The translations under genes were made by a program, and so were the position numbers. A stretch of DNA of 64,000 nt from Bispira polyomma (taxonomy: Eukaryota). Position 1 is the first letter of the stretch. Each line of letters opens with the position of its first letter. This document shows, in pieces, positions 25,358-37,490 of the stretch. Location of the stretch: positions 19,716,001 to 19,780,000 of the forward strand of contig OZ287758.1 in the NCBI GenBank assembly GCA_965649765.1, given 5' to 3'. The notes under the pieces were generated by a model that was not told the origin of the DNA, made no database searches, and saw only the letters and a list, made by a program, of their open reading frames with translations.

Positions 25358-26618
25358 TTACAAGTCCTGGTCTAGTTCTGACATGTCTACTGATACATTG
25401 AGCCACACTGGCCGTTCAACATACATCAATAATTCTCTATTGTTCTCTATAGTATTCTGGTACCTGGACAACAGGTCGGCTGTTCTATTTAACTTGCCTA
25501 TGACATGCACATACTGTAAATCTACATCTGCCAATGCTGCCAAGTACCACACATTTCTCGCACAAGCCCCTAGAAATGGGTCTCTGGCTCTACCAGATTG
25601 TAAAACTTTTACCACCGCATCATTGTCACACTTAATAAGTACTTTCTTTCCAGTCCACTGTTTATAGGATATTCTCAAAGCAAGCAAAATATTGATCATC
25701 TCTAGGTGCACATTGTCTAGATTTTTGTATCCCCTACATATTGTTAGGTGGTATACCATGTCTTTCCATCTGCCCCCTAGGCCTACCAAGCATGCATCAA
25801 GTTCTAGGACAAAATCAGCGTTTCTGTTGTCATAAATAGATATGCCATTGTACAATGGCAGAAATTTAGCGAACCATCTCAAAGTCTCTAAAGAAATCCG
25901 AAGGCAAGTCAATTTTTCCCCCATGCTGACTTCGCCTCAGAAGCTCCAACATTCTATTTTGGAAGAAACAAGCTGGTTTGACACTTTTGTGGACGTACAG
26001 CAGCAGCCCCAGAAGGGACAACAACTGTCGTATGGTACAAGTTGTTTTGTTTTGCCAATCCTTAACCACTGCATTGATCTTATTTAGTTTTTCCTCAGGA
26101 ATTGAGATGGTTCCATTTTCAGTATTTATTAGTACCCCCAAGCATACAGCTTGCGTACTAGGTGGTATGAGTTTCTTGTCACTTATGGTCAAACCTAATT
26201 TCTCCAGCAGATTGTATAGACATACATATGAGTCCTTAGCAACCGTGAACGTGCCGTAACCAATGAAATCTTGTATATATGCGTCCCCACGTCCTAGGTT
26301 TCTGAGTTCATCTGTTATATTGTCAACTGTTGGAAAAGTCAATGAGAAAGCTGTACCCAGGTAATTACTTTTATCCGCGCCTGCATTCACTCAATTGCCT
26401 TCTGGCCAACTCAAATCAATGATAACACGCCTATTGGCCGAACCGGGTTTATCTCGCATCATCAAGGGGGAACAATGACCTCCTTTTATGGGATGTTCAT
26501 CAAAAGGACCTATTATGGCTCCAAATTTGGTTTCCTCACTTAAGTATGTCTCTATGTCCCCTGGGTGTTCCATAGCCGACTTATGGTTTTGCCCTTCCCA
26601 AACGAAGTCATTTTCCAA
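25358..26618 (-). pseudogene. DIRS-type reverse transcriptase / RNase H (disrupted, RT core partly deleted)
   Basis: RRVIIDLSWP, YIQD at the YxDD position, CLGVLINT, LDACLVGLGG, HLEMINI and KCDN.AVV. Confidence 0.88.
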
Positions 26619-28920
26619 AAACCGTATTCAATTAAATCAATTAGCTGCTGATCCCAATAATTTTTTAACACCAACTTCCAATGATCTACATTCAATTGAG
26701 ACTTAACGGGTATTCTTGCTTGTTGGAAGTTGTATTTGCCACGTTTTCACTTCATAATGGGCTTTTATGGGATATGTTATTGCTGGGCCCTGATAAAACC
26801 CCTGTGTATTGGTTAATGGGTCTGACAGGGGGACAAAGTCATACATACAGTCTGTTTGTTCTAACCATAGTTTATATGCTAACACATTGTCCAATGTTTG
26901 TGTCACATCTCTATGTTTGTATAACAATGAGTGTATGGACTTGTCATCACCATTGTTGTTTATGTCAAGCACTTGTTTTTGTTCACCTCCAGTCTTTTGT
27001 ACCACATCACCTTCCATTGTGTTACTGCCAACTCTTATTTCATTTGGCTTCAGTACAACCCCTTTGTCTCTATCTCTACTTTGTTTACTTTTTACCTGAC
27101 ATCTAATTTGTCCCCCACTAACTTGGCCTGCCACACTGCGAGTTACAATGTGAGTGCTAGAGTCAACCACGTGTTTACACAAGTTAATTGTTTCTGCACC
27201 CTGACCACTTTTGTGACACAGGTTTTGTTTACTCCCGCCTCCAGTGATAGATTTGTTTTCATTTTTAGGCCCAATTAAACCCCAGGCCCCATTCTTTGTT
27301 TGTTTTGACTTATTAGCCTCCCCTCCTTTGTTTGTTTTGACTTATTAGCCTCCCCCTTCTATGAAAATATTTCACCCAATTTTGTTTTTTACTCGCTAAC
27401 AAAGCTTCCGCATTTTTTCTTTCTACTTGGGAGTTATAGAGAGTTCTAGTTTTATATGGCTCCCGTACCTGAGCCATATTTGCTTGTTTAAAACTGTCAC
27501 TGCCGACAGGGTTTTTGTACTGTTTTTCTACACCACCTCGTGTAGAATACATACTGGCCACCTTGTTATTACACATATATACATTTTTATCATGCACTAC
27601 CTGCAGCAAAACGGTTTTGGCCCTGCCTGGAAATTCCCTTGTTTTTATTCTATGTACATTGCTGCCCCCTTTATTTAAGAAAGGTGAGCAGCCTGCTGCT
27701 AGTTTTTTGAATGAAATGATTTTTTGCCAAACATACTATCTTTCTCCCGGTGACCACTCACCCCTCCCTATTTCCAAGCAGGTCGAACATATATGTTTGT
27801 GGAGCTCGCCCCGCTGCTAGTTTGGGGACAATTTTCTCATCAGAGGATAACTCAGACGAGTCTTCTACTGTGGACACCATACGTTTTGTACTTTTAGTCT
27901 TATACTTTGCTTTACTTAACTTGTTTTTGTCCTTCTGTGATGATTCTCCCATGTGTAGCAGTAATCCAGTATTGTAGTAATCACACACAAATTGTCTTAT
28001 TAAAATAAACTAAAATATATATAAGTTAAAAGTTTCTTCATACAAAAAGTCATAAAAAACAGAATTTTTGCACATTAAAATCACAACTGACTCCTTCAAT
28101 AAGTCAGTTTGAACTGATTTGTTTACCCTTTTTTTTTCACTCAGGGCCAGTCTTGTCCAATTAGGTTAGTTGCATACTTTATTACCTCAGTGATAGGGAA
28201 GGGGGGTAGGAATGCAACCCATACCATAATACACTAGTTAGCCTGGTACCCTAAACAATTAGAGTTGGGTTGGAGGCCTGACCCCTGTGATGCCTTGACA
28301 CCACAGACGAGTCTACAACCAAACTTTAACCAAACATAAAGCATGGACCAACAAGTGAATTGATGACTGACCCAGTAATTGCTTTCATCACTATTGTGAT
28401 TGATTGATAACCAAGGAAGTTGACATTAAATTTATGGGCCCAGTGGACACAAAAGAAACACAATACACAACATAATTATAACAGTTTGGGAAATTTATTA
28501 TAAGCCCTTTTTAATAATTTCTATGTAGCACTATATGGGTGAATTTTCCGTATTAGTATGTCTTTAAAATTTTACAATATGTCCCTTCATCTCGTGTTCA
28601 GTTCCTTTCAATGACTAAAACATAGATACTTCATCCTGGTACCAAAATATGAAAGTCCATGTCCTCAGATCATTTTTTAACACTTAAAAGTCCATAGGCA
28701 CAAGTGTCATATATAACATAAAGTCCTCATGTAGTGCTGATGCAAAGGCGTCATCCTGATTACAACAAATAGGTGTGATAATTCCATCCTGATGTATCAT
28801 AACAGGAGTAGCAATTCCTTCCTGAGCATTGCAAAAGTGAAATTCCCCTGATTATCAAGTCCAGAAGTAATGATTGCATTCTGCCATAGTAACTCAGGAG
28901 TGATAATTCATTCCTGATGT

Positions 28921-29169
28921 GGGTCGCGGTGGCCTAGTGGTTAGCAAGCATTGCGCTTCACCAATCACTGGTCTCTCACCTCTGGGCGGCGTGAGTTTGA
29001 ATCCCGTCGATGCCTATGTGGGAAAGGTGGTAGTTCCTTACTGTGGGCCGCTGGTTTCTCTGCAGAACCTTGACCGACTGTATGCAGTGTTTCCTCCAGC
29101 GTTTCCAACTACCAGTCCCAATATAACCTACTAAAAGGTACTAGAGTGGACGTTAAATATTCAAATTCA
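28921..29169 (+). mobile_element. Full-length family 1 SINE
   Basis: Near-identical to 321-577. 16-bp TSD AATTCATTCCTGATGT (28905-28920 / 29170-29185). Confidence 0.93.
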
Positions 29170-30113
29170 AATTCATTCCTGATGTAGCAATACAGGAGTG
29201 AAATTCCTAGACGCCTCTGCTGTCCCAACTCCAGAATTGAAATCATTTACAACCTCAGAATACAAAAACAAGTATTAGTTAACAATTACACATAAAATTT
29301 GGGTGTGGTGGGTGGGAAAAAGATGCTTGCTGTCTGCAAGTTTGATAATGACTACCCCTGCATTATTTGATAACCCCCCCCCCCCTTGTAGTAGTTACTT
29401 TAAACCCTACTAAGGGGACCAAGTATGTGAACATGTGCAGGTAAACCCAGCTAAAGTCACCTCTGGACAACTCCCAGAGTGCTGCATGTAGCCCATGTTA
29501 GTGGGCCAGACAAATAAAAAGGCCAAGTGTATTAAACTTTGGTTTCTACTGAACCGTGGTGCAAGCAACTACCTAACAAAAATTAATTATTAGGCTTATA
29601 TAGGTAAAAACATGACACAAAACAGTCAGAAAAAGCATTTATAAAGCACTAAAAATCGAGTTTAAGATACCATTACGTTGTTTAATGTTCAAATTTTTAT
29701 TAACACACTATTTATCAAGTTTTTATCTGAAATATTCGATAAACATGACCTTAAAACTTTCAAAATTCCTGTAACTACTACAGTTTTTATATACACATTC
29801 ACGGGTGCTGGGTGATACGGTTCAGTGTATTACCCAGCCCATATTAACCAACAAATTCCTTTACTGCCAAGTGGATAATAAACCATATTATCTACCTATT
29901 CCTGCCAAACAAGCATACAGGTCTACTACAAAATCAACTGGTCAAAGATCATACATGGAGACCCTATTATATATTGGATGGGATAAATTTGTAAAAGTTA
30001 ATGTTGAGAATTATTCTATTGCTTTACATTTAAATTTCTTAAATGGTCTGGCATGCGATTTACACTTGCCCTTACTGACTTGACACATTTATTATCAAAA
30101 TTTGAAACATCAT

Positions 30114-30460
30114 CTATCAGCCTGAACACTAACCATTACCAAAAAGATGGACAAATGCTACCTATATTTTTTTAAAGCAAAATATGTACTGATTTGGAAA
30201 ATGCATGATAGCATTGTATGTGTGACAGCTTTTTGTGAAAAAATCACGAAATTGTACGTTCCCCAATGCAGTTATTTCGCCATTTTATGGACACCTTTTT
30301 TTTAAGGGTTTCACACATAAGCTCAATTTAATGGGTTATAACTATTTGTGTTTTGAAAATCATGCATACCATTGGAAAGCTTATGGAATTATCTTTCAGG
30401 TGATGTGTAATACATGTACTTATACATAATCTCATTATACTTAACAATATACATCTCAAC
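30114..30460 (+). repeat. Dispersed repeat (DNA-transposon-like), inverted copy at 34490-34862
   Basis: GATGGACAAATGCTACC..TGATTTGGAAAATGCATGATAG..GCATACCATTGGAAAGCT appears reverse-complemented at 34.5-34.9 kb. Confidence 0.8.
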
Positions 30461-30659
30461 TTGAGAAACCTAGGGGAAAAAACAAGTACTTATAATTTAT
30501 AACAATTTTTCTCGATAATACATAAAACATAATTCACAAACTAGCTCAGATAATGATAATCATCAAATACAGAATCATTAATCATTAAAATACAAACCGT
30601 ATCATCAATCTAAAGTTGTTCATAAATCATGTTACATTCATAATTGTAATGTATGGTGA

Positions 30660-31900
30660 ATTTTTAATGTGCCTTATTGATGTGAAGCATCTTTAAAGCG
30701 CAACAACAGAGTCGGTAAACCAATACAGAAGTCCAAAAACATAGCCAAGGTGGTAACTTGTAAAGAAAGATGTAGGGGTGTACGGGGGGGGGGACTATGG
30801 GTGGTGGGCGAGTGTGAAGAGATAGACAAGGTATAAGGGCTGTTGATGAATAAGTTTAAATAACAGCTTTAAAAGTTGTTACATGGACTTTAAAGAAAAT
30901 TTGATAGTAAATAGGAAGCCAATGTAATTTTTTGAGGTACGATACACAGATGAAAGAGGATTCAACAAAGACAGTTTTGAATGGACTGCAACTTGTATAT
31001 GTGAGACTTTTTGCCTCAAGCGAAAGGGAATTGCAGTAGTCTAGACGGCTGCTAACACTGGAGTTAGCCACAGTAATGACAGTACTCAGTGACAAAAATT
31101 TTTTTTTTATTCTTTGCATGTCACAAATTTGATAGTAACAGGACCAATGGTGACACCAAGTTTCTTGACGTCAGCGGTGAGATCAATATCATCGTCCAAA
31201 AATGTAATGGGAATAATGATCTTACATACTCACTTTGTTTTTTATTACAAATAAACAGAAATTCAGTTTTGTCAGGATTTAATTTCAATTTGGAGTAATT
31301 CATTAAAGCCTGTACTAAGAAGTGGCAGTCAGCAAGTAGACCAAGAATTTTGTGGGAATTATGAGGGTTGAGTGAAAGATAAACTTGAGTATCATCAGCT
31401 TATATATGGTATTGAACATTGTAACAATCAATGACTGTGCTGAGGGGGTGTGCATAAGGTATAAGCAGTAGACGCCCTATGGCCGACCCCTGGGATACTC
31501 TGAATGGTAGGTTAAAAGAGGGCGAGAAGTGATCATCCAATTTGATTTTTTGGTTTCTGAGAGCGAGAGAGGATCTAATCAAATCAAGAACAGTGTCATT
31601 TATTCAAAACCATTGTTTTAGGGTGTCAAAGAGTAGACCATGGTCAATGGTATTTTTGTCAAGCCCTATTTTCTTTTAGTAGAGGGCAACATAAGCAGTG
31701 TTAAAAGACGAGGGAAAAATACCATCACAAAGTTAATAATGTTTGTAATGTTTGATATGAGAATGTCCAGACATTCAGAGAGAATCCTGGTGGGGATAGG
31801 ATTCAGTTCACAGATTTTGATGGAAGAGAATTTTATGAATTTGAGAATTTCATTCTTACAAACTGTGTGAAATTTGAGTAGATTTGAAACTTTGTAACCC
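30660..31900 (-). mobile_element. Decayed L2-group LINE RT and 3' end
   Basis: VSQGSAIG, ADDTQ, KLKLNPDKTEFL and SRLDYCNSL on the minus strand. Confidence 0.85.
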
Positions 31901-32459
31901 TGGGGGGTGATGGCTCAACCGTGATATGGTTGACAAACCATCCTGGATTTTTGTTATTTTGTCCATTATTAATCTATTTTATTTACAGTCATTAAATATA
32001 TGTTGACACACAAATACAAAAAGCTGGGAATTATAAGTCACTACTATGACATTACATATGACATTACAAATATGCTAAACACATTGTGATGTCACAATGT
32101 TAAAACACAGCTACATGTTACTGGCGTTAAACAAATGACATATAATTTCAGCAGGCTGTACTGCTGGAGGGCAGTGGGGGAAAGGATTGAGTCTTCCCTT
32201 GTTGCCCTTTGGCAATTTCGAAGAAATTTGGAGGGTTATAAGTCCTGGAGTATGCACGGCTCGGATCCTATGAGGTGGATTTTTTAATCTTTGGCCGGAC
32301 TGTAACCCATAGTTAGGCAATGTAAAAAAAATATGACCGCTGTAAAAAGCGACGATTATCTGTACTAACCAAGGACATTTCTGAGGCTAAATGCTGCAAT
32401 GTCTATATCTGTAAATGTTTGTGTAGGTTTTTAGTCTGATATCACCTCTATTGACTTTA

Positions 32460-32732
32460 CAGTTTACATCCCCAGCCTGGGTTCTTCTACTTTTCCACCA
32501 ATTGTTCTGTCTCAGCTCCCTCAGGAGACATACTAGCTGTGTTGCCACATGTGGTGCACAAAGACTAAACCCCCAATAGCGGCCAGGTACCCATTAAACA
32601 CCTGGGTAAAGAGGGACAACTTTGTGTTAAGCACTTTGTTCAAGGATACAATCTCCAGGCCTGCAGCCAGGATTGAACGCGGGATCACTCAGACCCAAAG
32701 GCCGACACTCTAACCACTAGGCGACACTGACT
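32460..32732 (-). mobile_element. tRNA-derived SINE (family 2, CORE-like body)
   Basis: Minus strand: GTCGCCTAGTGGTTAGAG A box and GTTCAATCC B box, then CCTTGAACAAAGTGCTTAAC..ACCCAGGTGTTTAATGGGTACC. Confidence 0.75.
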
Positions 32733-32739
32733 GCAAGTA

Positions 32740-33272
32740 AATAAGAAAACACTTATCCGATCAAACTGCCAAAGTCATAGCCGATACACTTGCCAGCAGT
32801 CGATTGAACTACTACAATTCTCTACTTCTGGGACTCAAGAAGTACCAGTTGTAAAGGTTATAGTCGATCTAAAATCTCCTGTGCATAGTGTCATCTTCAA
32901 GACTAATGTCACCACATACAATGCAGTCAATCTATTCACCCCCCATATCTTGCCTCATTGCTGTCTTTCAGCAGGCTTACTAGGGAAAACAAAATCTCAT
33001 CTCAGACACTAGAACCAATAAACCAGTTGAATCCTACGTCTTCTCTGTTACAACACCAATGTTGTGGAACAATTTACCAGCCAATATAAGATCCCAGAAT
33101 ACCCTCTAGTTTCAGAAGCGACCTTAAGATCTATCTCTTCAACCTTGCCTACCCTCCATAGAAATCTATCTTGTCCAAGTCACCTCCCCGATCACAAATT
33201 CACATTGGAAACGGTCTACGATTTAGCCAACCTGTCAATGATATGGCACTTTAGAAGATGCCTGGCATTAAT
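32740..33272 (+). mobile_element. Decayed L2-group LINE 3' fragment
   Basis: SSRLNYYNSLL, LWNNLP, and the 3' motif GCACTTTAGAAGATGCCTGGCA. Confidence 0.75.
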
Positions 33273-33761
33273 TAGGTGAGTATTTTTTCATTTTAGGCCT
33301 GAGTCTAACCCATAGTAAGGCAATGAAAATGCATATTTCAAATTTCGAAAAAACTCACTATGGCCGCAGTGGGAGGCCACAGAAAGGCAAACATTGGCTG
33401 TATTTAGAGCTTATTCTCAGGGAGGCATACGTGGCTTGCATCCTATAAGATAAATTTCTTTCACTTTTGGCATCACTATCTCACAATTATCCAATAAAAA
33501 TACCTTTTTCAAACTTTGAAATAATCCAAGTTGGCCACTGTAATGCAATATAGCTACGTTGGAGACAAAGATAGGCCCAAATTTACTATTTCTTTATTTT
33601 AAATTACATATTCATCTCATATGTACCTGTACATACACAACACGTCTTTCTCATTGTGATTGTGTATGGATTACCTCCCACCCTAGAATCTTCTCTTTCC
33701 AAAGTATTAATTGTATTAAAAATATACAACACCACTCCCAACTCCGGGTGGCAACCCCTGG

Positions 33762-34305
33762 CATCATCATCATAATAATAATAGAAGCATTTATATAGCG
33801 CAAAATTGATAAAAATCCTCTAATGCTCTGAATTCTAAAAAGGGATTGTCCATTATCAAAGTTGTTACCAAGTGAGTCTGAACAAGTAAGTCTTGAGCTG
33901 GCTTCTAAAACCTGACAGTGTCTGCTGGGATCTGACATTTTGTGGCAACCTGTTCCATACTGCCAGTGCCGCGACAGCAAAGCTGCGCCTTCCAATTTTT
34001 TGTTCAGGGCGAAGTGAAACAGATAGGCTTGAAAAGGATGCGCTGTTCAATTGGAAGCCAGTCGAGTTTTTGAAGGTAGGGGGTGACATGACTGAATCTG
34101 TCAAGCCTGTAAACAATGCGACAGGGAGCAGTTTGGACTCTCTGGAGTTTGGCAATATTAGCCTTACTGACCCCATATAGTAAAGATTTGCAGTATTCCA
34201 AGTGACTACTGACCATAGCATTTGCAGAACTGCAGTAACAGCCCTAAAGAATCTACGAATTCGTTGCAAGTCACGTAGATGATAGTTCCAGGCACGGCAA
34301 ACCAT
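33762..34305 (-). mobile_element. L2-group LINE 3' fragment
   Basis: YHLRDLQRIRRF, HVTPYLQKLDWLP, RRSFAVAA..VWNRLP..FRSQLKTYLF, with an (ATT/ATG)n tail. Confidence 0.88.
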
Positions 34306-34489
34306 GTTTTTTATTGTATATTTTCTGCATCATAGCCTAAAGATAACTAATGTACAATACATATAAATAAAGTTTATACTGAAAAATTATATTAAAAACC
34401 TAATAATTGTATTTTAATGAGCTGTTTAAACAATTTAAGCTATAAAAAGAGGTTATAGTTTTCTGCATAGAAATGCAGAATTTTATTGG

Positions 34490-34862
34490 GTTCCTTAAGT
34501 TGAATATGTATAATGTTAAGTATTAAGAATGAGATTATGTGTATAAAGTATCACACATAAACTGAAAGATAATTCCATGAGCTTTCCAATGGTATGCATG
34601 ATTTTCAAAACACAACTAGTTATAACCCATTAAATTGATCTTATGTGTAAAACCCTAGATAAAAAGTTGTCCATTAAATGACGAAATACCTGCACCTGCA
34701 GTAGATTTTCAATTTCGTGTTTTTTTTCACATAAAGCTGCCACACATACAATACTATCATGCATTTTCCAAATCAGTACATATCTGGCTTTAAAAAAATG
34801 CAGGTAGCATTTGTCCATCTGTTTGGTAATGATCACCAAATTTTCAGAGTTGGGCTGATAGA
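34490..34862 (-). repeat. Inverted copy of the 30114-30460 repeat
   Basis: Clear reverse-complement match over more than 300 bp. Confidence 0.8.
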
Positions 34863-35089
34863 CTAACAGTGGAAACTGAGTATTGGGTAAATCATGGGGC
34901 TTTTTGAGCAAGTAATGGAATGCCAAAAAATATCGTCAATATAATTTTTGATGTCATAATAATGGGAAAGTATGTCCCACATAATCCTGTCGCTTACTTG
35001 GTTCAATATATGGTTGCCATGGTGACTCTCAAATCTAATATAATCAGTTTGAATGTAAAATGCTCTGCATTTGAGAATATCAAATTGAA

Positions 35090-35815
35090 ATCTGCCATAA
35101 CTCCTGAATTTCACAAAGATTTACAATGGTTCAGGCTATTTCTGGAAAAATTCAATCGGGTCTCTTTCTTCTATCACAAACCCACCACAGCTTTGGTGGA
35201 CATGGATGCCTACTTAACGGGCATGGGGGAATATATAACCAAGTGTACACCCTGGCTATACGAACTGAACTACAAACGCAAAATATTGCTTCTCTGGAAT
35301 GCTAAATATTTTGTGGCACTTCAGCTAGGGTGGGGGGGGGGGGGGGGGGGGGCGTGTGGCAAGTCCAAAGAATACTAACTAAATGCGATAACCAGGTAGT
35401 GGTTAGTGTTTTCACTACTGGTAGAACCAGAGACAGTGTACCAGCGTTATACACCCACAACATGTTTATGCTAACAAGTCAACACAATTGACCTTAAGGT
35501 TATACACATATTGGGTGAAAATAACAGGGTGGCTGACCTGTTATCATGTTGGTCAGATAACCATCAAAATCATGTAACATTACATAAGCTGGTGGTGCCA
35601 TGTAAACCATGATTACTTGCATGTAAATGACCAGATATAAAGTTACATGTCCTCCTGTAGTGTAATGTATTTGAGATGTTAATTTAGTCCAGCGTCTACT
35701 GTTCACCAATGCCTCAAAAAAGCTGCCTCTGGCATTTTCTAGCTCACTTGCTAGGGCCTATAATGCCATGTACAGGGTATACATGGCGTTTACTGCCTTC
35801 ATGGATCAACCCAGG
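35090..35815 (+). mobile_element. DIRS/Ngaro-type remnant (RNase H and start of YR)
   Basis: EFHKDLQWFRLFLEKFN, MDAYLTGMG, KCDNQVVVSV..TGRTRD and AYNAMYRV. Confidence 0.78.
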
Positions 35816-35983
35816 TTAAGCCGTCATTCTGGCTAAGTGATCTAAGATAATACAAAAAACAAACATGTGAACTGCATACAATTCCTTAGCGACCAGTTTG
35901 CCATCTGTGTCCTGTCTGGGCCTTGCATAATGCATTAGCTATAATACCTACAACTAACAACTTTTGCTTCAATACAAACTAAA

Positions 35984-36400
35984 TCAGACATGGTTTCTGC
36001 TAACTGATACCAAAGTCCGAGTGCATTTCAAAAAAGAAATTAGACATGGTACACTTAGGACTTGTCTTCCATGCCTCCAATACAGTCGTTTTGCCATGGC
36101 ACTACCCCCCTCAGGGCATCTCTTTGTTCCTCGGCTACTCAGCCTTGATTTTCCAGCAGTGTGTCCTGTGTGTGGGGGGTCTACTGGGTTTAAGTGCTCT
36201 CCTCCCTGGTTGATATTTGCACTTCTAAGCATGTTGTGGAGGACTACACAGGCTAGGGTTATGGTAGCTACCACATGTTGTTCCTTCTGCATCTTTAACC
36301 GTAAAAGTCTAAACCTCGTCACTAATATTCCAAAGACATTCTTCACTACCCTTCTGCCCTGGGATATCCTCAGTGCACGGGCCACCTTAGATAAGGGCAA
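35984..36400 (-). mobile_element. PIF/Harbinger (DDE_Tnp_4, HARBI1-like) transposase C-terminal fragment
   Basis: SQGRRVVKNVFGILVTRFRLL...ITLACVVLHNML matches the characteristic R..VE.aFGiL..RFR..aC.vLHN motif. Confidence 0.8.
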
Positions 36401-36519
36401 AAGTGATATATAAAACACAAAAGTGATATATAAAACACAGCCGTATAGCACTTTGACCTTTTTTTACATCATCTAACATCCAATGTTAATACGTAACAAG
36501 ATACAACATTTACTACTAA

Positions 36520-37490
36520 TGTACATGACCTTAGTTTAAATACTGACTTTTAATTTTAAAGTGAATTTCAGAAGAGCTTAACCAAGCTTTATGGTAAGGA
36601 ACCTTATTGTAACCTTTGAAATGTTAAGGTAAAGTTCTATTTTCTACTACTACTGATGGTATATACTATGTATTATAAAATATAGTGTAAACATATAGTA
36701 TTTACAATACCCAAACGGCAGTGTCGCTCCTGAGCGTCTGAATGAATGAAACGTGAATGACTGTGGGGTAACAGATAAAAATACGATTATTTCCCTTAAA
36801 ACATGTCTAACCTTATATGCTGTTAGTGGCACTAATTTACCTTGAACTTTGTACATAAATACTGGCGAATCCGTTTTGTTTTTATTAATTCTGAACATAG
36901 TTTCAAGAGCTGCTACAGGACATAACAGAGAACGTCCTAGCTCCGGTAACTGTACTACATGGAACTGATTGTACTTTTGTAAAGTTTTTGCCCACTGAAG
37001 TACAACATGTATTCCCCATACAAAATCCTCCCACGTCAAGGATTGAAATTACTAGCACTGGTTGAAACCGGGTTTAAGAGCCGAAAGAAACCGAAAAAGG
37101 CAGTTAAAATTAATGCCTTATAGACATATGCATGTGGGAATGCAGAAACATGATGAAAGATAGATGTGAGAATAGGGATGGTGATTATCCCTTTTAATCT
37201 AGTAGGGGGTGGAAAGTGAAAGAGACTTGAAAAATAACTTTTTTGGAGAGTGAGCAAAAACACTTACAGAATAATCCCATAGATAAAAGTAATATTAAAT
37301 TGCTAAGAGGTAACTTTGAATGCAGGGTGATTTTAGCCCATGCTGAGCCATGCATTCACAAAATTGGAGGATGACATGCAGGGATGTCAGTTCATATGTG
37401 AGCTCTGCCCCTTTATACAGGGTTTTGGAGGCAAATCGTGAGGTTGCGTACTGTCCCAATTGCAAAATTGAAAAATCTATCTTGCCAATC
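36520..37490 (-). mobile_element. DIRS/Ngaro-type tyrosine recombinase remnant
   Basis: AFFGFFRL, WAKTLQ, LCPVAAL and FTFHSFRRSGAT. Confidence 0.85.

Larger units (their letters stand above)
23990..27990 (-). mobile_element. DIRS/Ngaro-type tyrosine-recombinase retrotransposon, decayed
   Basis: RT, RNase H and YR in order on the minus strand. Boundaries are approximate. Confidence 0.88.

Noticed and set aside
32280-33330. Short direct repeat (TAACCCATAGT.AGGCAATG at about 32303 and 33305)
   Set aside because: About 40 bp and degenerate; probably sub-repeats of an old element, with no definable boundaries.
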